This document shows positions 14,188 to 25,509 of a stretch of 64,000 nt of DNA, one piece after another. Source of the stretch: Callorhinchus milii (Eukaryota). Under the pieces are notes generated by a model that saw nothing but the letters and a program-made list of their open reading frames with translations, ran no database searches and had not been told where the DNA came from. The stretch covers positions 26,662,001 through 26,726,000 of the forward strand of contig NW_024704742.1 of NCBI RefSeq assembly GCF_018977255.1, given 5' to 3'. Position numbers and translations under genes: made by a program. Position 1 is the stretch's first letter. Every line of letters begins with the position of its first letter.

Positions 14188-14509
14188 TGGATTATAGTAA
14201 TTCCAATACTGTGAAACTGCAGTCCTCAGAAATAAGATTGCCTCTGCTCAAACTCAAGTATGAGTACCATTTCACCAGCTCTTGTATATAATGTACACTA
14301 AACCGCTTAACAGAAAGTATATGACAAAAAGCAAAATGTTACACAGAGAAAGAGAGTAGGTCCCACGGGTGAAAGAGCAGTATACTTACCCGCTGTACCA
14401 CCCTAGTCACTCAAAACAAGATACTTCACATTCTATGATGAGCTCTATTATTGGCGTGAAAGGCGCTTTACAAATGTAATTTTGTTGCTGTTGTATTATT
14501 GGGTATATT

Positions 14510-14784
14510 ATCGCCCCACTATTGGCGGGAGGGCCTTCCAGCACTCTGCCCCCACGCTCTGGAACTCCATCCCGCAGTCCCTCCGCCTCGTCCCCTCCCT
14601 CGCCACCTTCAAGACCTATCTCAAGCCCTCCTCTTCGACCGTGCTTTCGATCTCCCTGCTTCCCTCCCTATCCTTCCCCTTCCCCCAACCAGATCCTCAG
14701 CTCGGGTCCATAACTCTGTCTGTCCAGCACCTTGGGAAGTCCTCCCAACGTGAAAGGCAATGCATAAATGTAATTTTGTTGTTG
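14510..14784 (+). mobile_element. L2 LINE 3' fragment with 12-bp flanking direct repeat
   Basis: RPTIGGRAFQHSAPTLWNSIPQSLR; TATTATTGGGTA on both sides. Confidence 0.85.
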
Positions 14785-16080
14785 TATTATTGGGTACATA
14801 AAGAAACCTAACAGTCATACAAGCATAAACGTATTTCCATGCAATTGGCTGCCGCATTTCGCCCACAAAATATATAGTGAATTCACTTTACAGTATATTC
14901 TGTGAAGCGCTTTGAGACATCAAAGACGTGGTAAGGCGTGATATCAAATGCAAGGATTATTATTATTATATAAATACAAGTTGCAGTTGTATGGGATTGT
15001 AAGGTCATCTTCTGCTTTGAGATCCTCTGTTTGTATCATAAAACCCTGAAATCATCATCTCTCAATCATTTCTCCTCAGCCAACATCCTCTTTCTCATTA
15101 TGGTTCCCACTCTCTCTTTACCTCTCCAATTAAGCTTTTCTACATACAACACTTACCGGTAAATAGCAGCATAAATGCTCCACTGACTCACTGAGTCCAC
15201 TTAAATAATCACATGGAATAATGATTCAGAATACTGGAGGGAAACTCGAGTGATATTTGTGTATTGAATTTAGGATCCACTAAATGCTAACAGCTACAGC
15301 AGTTAATAGTGGATCAGGTATGTGAGTGTGACGTGGTTGACAAACCAAAGTATTTCACTCGCACATGGTCTTCATCACAATTAGTGCACGAACATGAGGT
15401 CCAAACTATGAAAATATTCCAATACAATGATGTTGCTTCTGCATTAATTCTACTTTGAGATCCTCCATTTGTATCATTAAACCTTGAAATCATTATCCCT
15501 CCTCTGACAGCTTCTTTCTTCCCATTATAGGTCCCAGTCTCTCTTTACCTCTCTAATTATGCTTTTCTCAATAAACCGCTTCAAAACAGCACTTGATAAC
15601 ACTTACCAACAAATAGCAGCATAAGAAAGGCAAGTGAACAGAATGCAGATACTTTTGTTTCCTGAATTTGGTCATGCATTACACTGAGATCACAAATACC
15701 AGAACAGATGGACCAGAACATAAAAAAAACATAAAAAAACATAAAACACTGCTGCTTCTCTCAAAGCCAAATGCAAGACGGGGTCAATATTTGCCTATAA
15801 ATATACAGTCACTACACTTTGCAGAAATTCCTGTGAAGCACTTTGAGATGCACAATACATCAAATGCAAGGATTATTATAGATCCATTAGCTAATTTGCT
15901 CATGCAAATTCTAGCATAATTTGACATCGTCCCCAACTCTTGAACCTCGATCAAACAATGTCATTTTAAGCAATGTTCAGTAAGCCTGTGGAATTCTCTT
16001 TAAATGTTTGGCAATTAAGAAAACATTAATATTATACCATTGCTTGCATCATTTATGGTACGAAAGCAACAACCACAGAT

Positions 16081-16393
16081 AATAATATTAATCCTTGCAT
16101 TTGATATAGCATGTTTCAAGTCTTCTAGACATCTCGAAGTGCTTCATAGAATATACTGTAAAGTGAATTAACTGTATATTTGTGGGCAAAACACGGCAGC
16201 CATTGCGCACAGCAGTGTCCCACAAACTGTCATGGATTGAAGTAACCAATTTATTATTGTATTTTTTCTTGAGGGATTATTATCAGGCATGTAGATTAAA
16301 GAAACTTGCCCAAGGTTTTGCCCTGCTGGGAATCCAACCTAGGTTTCTCGCTTGCAAGGCGAGTGCTCAAACCACTGAGCTACAGGACTCCGC
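16081..16393 (-). mobile_element. SINE family A
   Basis: Reverse complement of head, core and (ATT)n tail. Confidence 0.85.
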
Positions 16394-18989
16394 AAATGTG
16401 TATTTTCACTCTGGAGTCACACAAATTGGATCTTAAGGTGTGTTAAGTTCCCTCAAGAGCACAGTCTATGTCAGATGTATTCCAGCACACGCCAGGTGCC
16501 ATAAACAGATTATCAGCAAGTTTGTATAATTTTTCTCTATACTCAGATTTTTTTAAAAAACGAACAAACAAATATTTACCAGCATGAATTAAAGGGTAAG
16601 CACGAATCCAAAAGATAAGATTTACTTAAATGATTTAAATAAAAGATTTTCTGTAACAAACCCTTTACGTTTGTTCTTCCCATGGGATATCTTAATTTAT
16701 ACCTGCACCCAAATGAAAACTGAACTTGTGCCTGACACTACACACAGTTACCAAACTGCTTTGATGTGACGTCTAAGTGTGAACCTCTCAGTGTACAACT
16801 TGCACACTGATCCTCATTACGTAGAATACTTATTGCTTTTCTAATTCAACACTCAAAATAGGCCAACAAATGGATATAAAAATAGAAGCAGTGAGCAAGA
16901 AAAGGCGATTTGGCCCATGAAGCCCATTTATTCCACATATTATGTATCTTGTAATATAACCCACTCACCAATCAGTACAAAAAGAATTCTGAACAAATAC
17001 TCTCGAGATTCCCAAAGGTACAATTCTAGACTTTTCATCCAATCTGATATTCAGCTCTTGCCTGCTATCCTGCACCACCTATTTCCCTCAACCCAAACTC
17101 CAGCAGCACATAAACCAAGACCTCCCATTGGATTATCCCACTTTATACCTGTCCCTGTAGGCTTCAATTCAATTCCCAAAACATTTGTGCAGCTTCCATT
17201 TGAAGGGGTTCATTGGCATAGCATTAATTGCTTCTGCTGAGATTCTGTTCCACTCTTCCTTACAAGACAAAAACATCCACTTAATTTTTTTTTCTTGAGG
17301 CCTTCATTTTAAACCATTCTGTCCTCTCATTCTGTGCTCACTCTCAGAGTCAAATCATTTGTATCAACATCATTGATCCCTCTCAGCATTTGAAACGTGT
17401 GGATCAGTTTTCCCTGCCCCCATTTTTAAAAAACGTTTAGTTCTGTTGCATCGCCTCAATTTATATATCTTAAACATGCCTCTTTGGGCATGCTTTTGGT
17501 CATTTTCCCCTCCTTCCCGAACCTCGAGTGCCCATCCAGCACTGAAGCGGTTTGAGACATCACCCTGATGTGAATGGCGCTATAAAAATGTCAATTGTAT
17601 TGTGCAATAATGTATGGATGAATATAACTGAACAATTGGGTATCTTGTCCCCACCACGACCCACCCCCACCCCATTCCCAGCTCTTTTGAATAACACAGA
17701 ACTGATGGGCACAGTCACATTGTCTTGTTACCTTGGAGCATCATCCCAGGAGGAAGGCCTCCCCTCAGTGGCACCGGGGTGAGATAAATGCATGATTGAA
17801 GCCCTATATCCCTGATTACTGAGAGAGAAACAGTTCAATCGATCTCTTGACAGTACAAACAGATGATATAGTTATGATATAGTAACATGTTTTCCTGTAT
17901 ACTTTGACACTCTTTAAATACGAAGGTACTTTATGGTAATGTTCACTTGTGAATTTCAGAGTGCATAAATAGTACATCAAAATGCAAACATATATTCAGA
18001 GCATCTTCAAAGAGGGAAACATCAGCTGTTATCTTTGGACAAACGCAGCTGTTTTGCATCACACACATTTACATAATGTCAATACAAATACATATTTAAA
18101 CATATGTTTAACTGCCGGGGAATGGTGTATCAAACTTCAAATCCTTCAGATGTTTGTACCAAACCTTGATTGAAGTGCCACAACAATGTTTTGACAACAA
18201 AAGAATGACAACAATAACTTGCATTTATACAGCGTCTTCCATGCAGATGCAGGGTAGCGTCTTGGAGCGCTGAAACATATTACTTGTATTGCGCTGGGGG
18301 TGGTGGGGGGAAGTTGCAGAAGAAGTGGAAAAATAAACCTTGCACTATTGAACACACAACAGTACCTCTTTTATCACAGCACAAAATCTTGTAGTCTACC
18401 AAAGCATGCACTATTCCCCGTAGGGCAGGAAGTATTTTGAAGTACTTCATTAAATAAGCAATATCTACACAAAGAGTATGGTGAGGAAAAGCATGAAACG
18501 TGAAAACAACCCATTCATTTGACAGACAATGCAGAATTCACCATCTATCATGGATTTTACCTCTCTCTCAAGGAACATTCTGCAATATTAATGTAAACAA
18601 AAAACAACTTTGAGATATCATGGGAAAACGGGGAGGGGTAGGAGCAAGCGAAGTAACAACCGAGATTGTAAGATGTGTACAGGTTTTAAATTTCAACATT
18701 TAGATAACAGCACCAGTGTTCTACCAGGCAATGCGGGTTTAGTCTCACAGACTAAATGTCTTTGTTGTTCCAAGAAGGTAAAAATAGTTAGAGGAGAAAA
18801 TGGGGGCTCAATTGCTGTTTAACACAAATGCAAAAATCTTCCTTAGCAATCCCAGGTCTTAGCTCAGGAGCCTCTGCACCTATTGCAAATTATGCTCTAA
18901 CTTTGTTGATTAATATACAGAAAATATAATTTTGGTATTTGTGGAAAAGTTTCATCCTCCCATTTCACCACTGTCTGAAGTCTAATTTG

Positions 18990-19318
18990 ACTCTCAAGCG
19001 AGAGGACCCGGGTTCGATTCCCAGGCAGGACGAAACCTTAGGCAAGTTTCTTTACTCCACATGATTCTGTTTACCTGGCAATCAGTAGGAATCTGGATGT
19101 TAGTCGATTGATGGATCGCTTTCTGGGGGTAATAATCCCTCCAAAAAAAGAAAACAAATTTGGTCATTCAATCCACGACTGCTTGTGGGACATGGCACAA
19201 TTGGCTGCCAAGTTTTGCCCACAAAGTATACAATCAATTCACTTGACAATATTCTGTGACGTGCCTTGAGACATCTCGACATGAGGCACTGTATCAAATG
19301 CACGGATTATTATTATAT
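18990..19318 (+). mobile_element. SINE family A, 5'-truncated (counterpart at ~26490-26817)
   Basis: B box GGTTCGATTCC, core, ATT tail. Confidence 0.8.
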
Positions 19319-20984
19319 GATTAGGTCCAAATCAAAGCACTAAGTGTGTATCTGATGGATGTCCATTTTCAAAGAAAAGACCCTTATGTCAAAGAATGAC
19401 TGAGCGTAAAGAATTGAATAGCAACTCTGGCACTTGCACAAGGTTCAACGACAAGTAGTTCAAGCAGATGCAGTGTTCCTTGAGTAAAAGTTCACCATTA
19501 GCTCATTCCTTTACAGTAGGAAATTACTGAGATGAAACAAAGTCAAACTGAATAAACGTACTGCTTCAAGAGCTACATTTCTGAACCAAAATAACTTGAT
19601 CTTATTGTATCTGAGAAGGGCTGCAACAATGTAACCCTCAAGATGAATACAATAGTTGAACAATTACAGAACATTCAGTTACCTGAGATGACTATCTTGC
19701 ACCATTAGAATGATTATTTTATTCGATTAACTATAGCACGTAACTCATATTTCTGTTCCGCTGATAATATTGACACGGTTGGAAGTGAGTGGCTTTTGCA
19801 AAGGACTGTGCTTTTTCTCGGTAAGATATATACTATTTGTCGGACACTGCTGTCCGCAATTGGCTGCTGTGTTTCGCCCATAATGTACAGCCAATTCACT
19901 TTACAGTATATTCTGTGAAGCGCTTTGAGACGTCTAGAAGACGTGAAATTCGATATAACAAATGCAAGGATTATTATTATATTCACTCACAAATGTTAAT
20001 TGTTAAGACTCAGGGATGTCCTACTAGATCAGCTCACAATGGATGCAGTTTCCAGGAAATAAGTCCAACCAATGCTGAAATAATTCAGGAATGTGTGCGA
20101 GTGAGGGTGAAATATCATGGTTTGAGGTTTTGAAATCAATGCTCAATATAGTGAGGTGAAAATGCACCGAAGAGCAAGACACTGCACCTGAAGTTAGTGT
20201 CTGCACAAGTTCTTCCTCCTTCTCTTTCCCCACCCACCCAACTAATTCAATTAATTTTCTCCCCTCCAGCCCTCGCTTTCCACATCTCTGCTGTGGTTTC
20301 TGGCGCTGTAAGGAGGCAAATACAGCAGGAAGAAGAGAATGAAATCCCCACAGGTGGATTCTTCCTTTTGAAAAGACTCAGTAACCTTGGCACGTACCCA
20401 AATCATTTGTGTTATTAGTCGGTTCAATTTTAGGTGCTGTCCCAAGCCCCTGAACTCAGAAAAAGAGCAAGAGTATTGTGAGTTCGGACAGTTGGAAAGG
20501 AAAGTCCCAAGACATTGGGAGATGGAGAATGTTTTATTGGTTTTAATAAGTAACGGTGAAGCATTAATTAGGAAGGAATCCTCTACATGTTGACAAGGTG
20601 GCCCTTTATCTTGTCCGAGTGCTGTAAAGGATGCTGTAGATAGAGTTAAGTTGTCCAACTGTTCTTTGATGTGTACAGTGGTCTTATGTTGCATTGTGGA
20701 TCTTAGATTCTACATTTTAAGATCAGAATTCTTGTAAAATGTCATTTTTATTTAAACTTTGTTTTGAATTGTTATTCTGATCGTGGCAAAAAATAACTGA
20801 TCAGTTCATGTTAATTTGATAAATATATATCCCGGGTGCTTGACCTTGACCTCCTGGTTTTCCCTTTTCCTGAAACTCTTAACATCCGAAATAAAATAGT
20901 TTATTTCCCTTGCTGGAACGACAGTAGTGTGTCATCTTGGCTCAGTTGGTCGCACTCTCATCTCCGAGTCAAAAGGTTGCACCT

Positions 20985-21562
20985 CACACCCAACGCAGCC
21001 GAAACCCTCATCCATGCTTTTGTCACCTCCTGCCTTGACTCTTCTAATGCTCTCCTTCTTCAGTCTCCCCAGCTCCACTATCCCCAGAAACCAGTTAATT
21101 CAAAACTCTACCACCCATACACTCACCCGCACTAAACTCTATACCCCCATCACGCCAGGCCTTGCCCAGCTGCACTGGCTCTCTATCACAGGACGGATAA
21201 ATTCATGATCCTCACACTAGTCTATAAATCCCTCCACATCCTGGCACCTCCCTACCTCTCTAACCTGCTTCCTCCCCACTCCACTTCCTGGAGCCTCCAC
21301 TCGGCTGGCTCCAGTCTCCTGCTAGTTCCATATCCCCACCTCCACCATCATCGGCTGTGCTTTCAGCCACTCTGCCCCAAACTCTCTGCCTCAATCCCTC
21401 CGCCTTACTACCTCCTTCTCCATTTTCAGATCATGCCTGAAAACCTTCATTTTCAACTGTATTTATGGTCACCTCCCCCTTCCCCAGGTCAGGCTCCGCC
21501 ACAGTTAGGCGCTCCGCAACCCTACCCCGCATGAAGGTCGCTATATAAATGCAAGTTGTTGG
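20985..21562 (+). mobile_element. L2 LINE 3' fragment
   Basis: AAETLIHAFVTSCLD, TPITPGLAQLHWL; tail gctatataaatgcaagttgtt. Confidence 0.85.
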
Positions 21563-21584
21563 TGTAAATTCAACACCATATTGG

Positions 21585-21935
21585 GACTTTGAACTCATAA
21601 TCTAGCCTGAGACTCCCGTGCAGCGCATTGTCGAAGATGCCGTCCATTGAATGAGATGTTAAACCGAGGTCATGTCTACCTGCTCAAGAGATGTTAAGAT
21701 CTCATGGCACTATTCGAAAAAAGGGACTTTCTCCCAGTCTCTTGGACAACAATCCCCAGATAAAATTAGTCATTCACTTCATGGCTGTTTGTGAGACATT
21801 GCTGTGCTCAACTTGACTGAGGCATTTGCCTACAAAAATTACGATCACAGCACTTACACTGTATCCTGTGAAGCACTTCAAGATGTCCTCCCAACATGAC
21901 AGTCACAATATCAAATGTGAAGTGTATTATTATTA
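21585..21935 (+). mobile_element. SINE family B; head at ~20935-20978, split by the L2 fragment
   Basis: Head ggctcagttggtcgcactc before the L2; body and tail after it. Confidence 0.7.
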
Positions 21936-24519
21936 ATTAGAATGCTTAATATCTGACTTTTAAAAAAATATATAGTTAAGTTTATCAAATTCGCGAAAGT
22001 TTAAAATCAATTAAAAGTTATAAGTTATTATAACAATAATCCTTGCATTTGATATAGCACCTATAACATCAAAACATCTCAAAGTGCTTTACATAGCTGG
22101 TAACTGTAGTGTGTGTATTTTGCTCAAAAAAATACAGTCACTCCACTTTATAATATATTCAGCGAAGAGCTTTGAGACAACTCAACAATGTGATAAGGCG
22201 CTATATTAAATGTAAGGATTATTATTATAGGCAAACACAGCCGTGAATTTGTCAGTCAGGTCCCATTTGTCTCTTCAATATCAATTCAGCGCCTACTTTT
22301 GCTTTGCTTCCTTTATTCCCCATTACAGCAAACAAAATAATCAATTTATTTAGAGGAGCGTCAGCCATAAGAAAAATGGTGCTGTTCTGACCCAGAAGGG
22401 AAAGGACTATCCTCTGAGCCACACTGACACTTTTAAATTCTAAAACAATTATACTTAATATAAAAAGTTTTGATTTATTCCGTGATAGAGGAAACAATGA
22501 CCATATAAAAGAGACACTGTTCAAATGAAAGTTGAAGAAAAAATAGCATAAATGAATAAAACTATATTGAATACTATTCTAATACTTGTGCAGCTTATTT
22601 TTGTAAAATATGGATATGCTTACCAAAAACATGCAACCTGTTTTAGGATCAACATAAATGGTCACTGTAAAGTTTCGTTTTAAATTCCTACTTGCCTCAT
22701 AAAAATCAATTCAGATCCTACTTTTGTCTTGTTTTGCTGTTCACCATATCTAAAGATAATAATATTTCCTACACCTCCAAATCATGGTTGAAATGTTATA
22801 TTGGTTGCAAAAAATTAAGAGGATTATTTGTTGAAGCATCTACTTTTTCCATCTTTTAAAACCTGAAAATAAGGTTTGCTTTGATGCCTTGAGGTGTGTG
22901 AGAGAAAGTTAATTTAAAGGAGAAAACAGTAGAATACAGGAGGAAATAACTTCCTACAGAGACGAGGGTTGACTAACTCCCATAGTTGGTCGTTAACATG
23001 GCTCTCTACATTAAGGATAGTCATCTTGCACAGGTTACTTACAAACTTATCATGTGCCATCTGCCACATTAATACCTCCAGTAACCTTGATAGCCAGTGA
23101 CTTGATAGCTCGCTGCAGCACTAGATTGTTGAACTCCCAACTAACATAATCAACCGTGGGACTTTCTGAGTATCAGTCAGACATCTAGCAAATGACTGAA
23201 AATCTACCCTTCCCTCATCTTTCAGGATTACAGTCCTCAACAGTATCATGTCTGTCAAATAACGTGTGGCAAATTCATGCTCGTTTACTGAGGGCAATTA
23301 GATACTATTTTTTGCAATGCTTCATGCAACAACGATGATGCATTTAGATACCATCCATGTCATCATATTGTGTGTTTGAAAACAAAAAAAAGGAGGGTTT
23401 ACCAAACCAATGAAGCATGACAATTTAAGCAGAAAATAATTGGAGAATGGAGTGGAACACTATATGCTGAATCATGCCTTGCTTTCTCTGTGAACGTCAT
23501 CCCAGAAAGAGTTAAAGTGACTGTTTCCACAATACAGAGGCTTGAAAACTACTGCGTGCTGACACATTTATAGTTTCCCTGAGGTTTCACTATCAACAGT
23601 AACTTTGCTTCGGTACAGCTAATTTTGCTACCAATTTGCATTCAAAAAGTGAAAGGCAATTTTGTCCTGAACCCATTTTGCATTTGAGGAGGGTTTTTCT
23701 TAAAACCCTGGAACCAACTTCTGCACATTTCTTCCTTCTTAAACAACAGAGAATAACTATAAACCCTTATATTTAAAGAACGCTGCGGGTTAGAAAAACA
23801 TGAGATATTGTGCGCAGGGTCACAAGCATCTTAATTTCAACAGTTGAAGGTTATAATCCAAAGAGCGAGGAGATACCACCCCTCACCTCTCCGCCTAAGG
23901 AATCAATTAAGGCGCAAGATAAACGTCCGCTCCCACCTGGTGAGGTGCGAGACGGTGCACCTCAGCAGGTGGAAGACCTTCCGCTTACGGTCCCCTCTTC
24001 ATTCCCCCTCCACTCCCCCCCCCCCCCGCCCCACACCACAGCGACAGCCACTATTAAGCGCTCCGAGTCCCTGCCCCGCACGAAGAGCGCTATACAAATG
24101 CACGTCGCCGCCGTCGCCGCCGCCGCCGCGCTCTGATAAGATGCCTTAAAGCGCGGCCCCCGCGCAGCTCTCCCCGCGGTCCGGCGTCAGGCGCGTCCGA
24201 GTCGCTACCGGCCCGCGAAGGGGCGTCGCGTAAAATGCAAGTCGTTGGTTGTTGTTGTTGGTTTCCTTTAAAGAGCAGAAACCAACAACCCCCCCACCAC
24301 CCCCCCCCCCCCACCCTCACCCCCTTCCCCTTCCCCCACTCCCCCCAGTCCCCCTCTCACCACCCATTCGGGTGCGAAGGAAGCGGCCAAAGCAAAGCAG
24401 AGGGAGGAGAGTCTCTGTGTGTGTGTGTGTGAGGGTGGGGGTGGGGGTGGGGTGTGTGAGGGTGGGGGGGGGGGGTTGGGGGGGTCTCCAGCTGTGGCGG
24501 TACATTACCTCCTTCCTAC

Positions 24520-24597
24520 CTTCAGAGACGTCGAGCTCTGCGGTCCCCTTCACTTGGGTGAAACACCACTGCACGTCGTTCCCGCATCCGCCGACTC
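24520..24597 (-). CDS. PPP2R2C: PP2A B55 regulatory subunit, coding exon 2
   Basis: tgtag|GA...GAAG|gtagga; VGGCGNDVQWCFTQVKGTAELDVSE resembles the B55 N-terminus (B55-alpha GGGNDIQWCFSQVKGAVDDDVAE); 78 nt, phase 1-1. Family call is strong; the paralogue name rests on head-to-head synteny with MAN2B2, as in human. Confidence 0.85.
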
Positions 24598-24775
24598 CTA
24601 CACACACACACACACACACACACACAGCGGCCGTGAGAACCCACACCGACACCTCCACCTCCTCCCCCTCCCCCACCCACAAAAAAATAGCAATAATAAT
24701 AATAATAATAAAACCGTAAAAGTCCTCCCAAAAATGCACCGTCTGTTACGGGAGGGCTTCGGGGGCATCGCTTAC

Positions 24776-24782
24776 TTCTCAT
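24776..24782 (-). CDS. PPP2R2C: PP2A B55 subunit, 7-nt first coding exon (ATGAGAA)
   Basis: gcggtcATGAGAA|gtaagc: G at -3, strong donor, phase 1, joins exon 2 in frame (MRRVGGCGND...); same 7-nt coding first exon design as PPP2R2A. Confidence 0.75.
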
Positions 24783-24825
24783 GACCGCGACTTGCGAGCG
24801 GCGTTCACGGCTGCGATGGAGAGGA

Positions 24826-25509
24826 GAGAGGAGGGGGGAGAGGGGGGCAGTGAGGGGGGCAGTGAGGGGGGAGAGGGGGGGCAGTGAGGGGGGAGAGGGG
24901 GGGCAGTGAGGGGGGAGAGGGGGGGCAGTGAGGGGGAGAGGGGGGCAGTGAGGGGGAGAGGGGGGCAGTGAGGGGGAGAGGAGAGGGGGGCAGTGAGGGG
25001 GGAGAGGGGGGCAGTGAGGGGGGAGAGGGGGGGCAGTGAGGGGGGAGAGGGGGGCAGTGAGGGGGAGAGGGGGCAGTGAGGGGGGAGAGGGGGGCAGTGA
25101 GGGGGAGGGGGGAGGAGGGGGGGGCAGTGAGAGGGGGCAGTGAGGGGGGGGGGGCAGTGAGGGGGGAGAGGGGGGGCAGTGAGGGGAGAGGGGGGGGCAG
25201 TGAGGGGAGAGGGGCAGTGAGGGGGGGGGGGCAGTGAGGGGAGGGGGCAGTGAGGGGGGGGGCAGTGAGGGGAGAGGGGGGCAGTGAGGGGGGGGGGGGG
25301 GCAGTGAGGGGGAGAGGGGGGGCAGTGAGGGGGGAGAGGGGGCAGTGAGGGGGGGGGGGGCAGTGAGGGGAGAGGGGGGCAGTGAGGGGGGAGAGGGGGG
25401 CAGTGAGGGAGAGGGGGCAGTGAGGGGGAGAGGGGGGCAGTGAGGGGGAGAGGGGGGCAGTGAGGGGGAGAGGGGGGGCAGTGAGGGGGGGGAGAGGGGG
25501 GCAGTGAGG
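24826..25509. repeat. G-rich minisatellite, ~18-21-nt unit GGGGGGCAGTGAGGGGGAGA
   Basis: Tandem GCAGTGA cores separated by variable-length G runs. Confidence 0.95.

Larger units (their letters stand above)
23880..24830. promoter_or_regulatory. CpG island over the B55 gene 5' exons
   Basis: Sharp rise in GC and CpG density against the AT-rich, CpG-poor background. Confidence 0.8.

Noticed and set aside
14384..14432. Strong minus-strand donor CGG|GTAAGT (and CAG|GTAATG at ~13030)
   Set aside because: No compatible ATG-initiated phase-1 frame seen; isolated donors are expected by chance in a long intron
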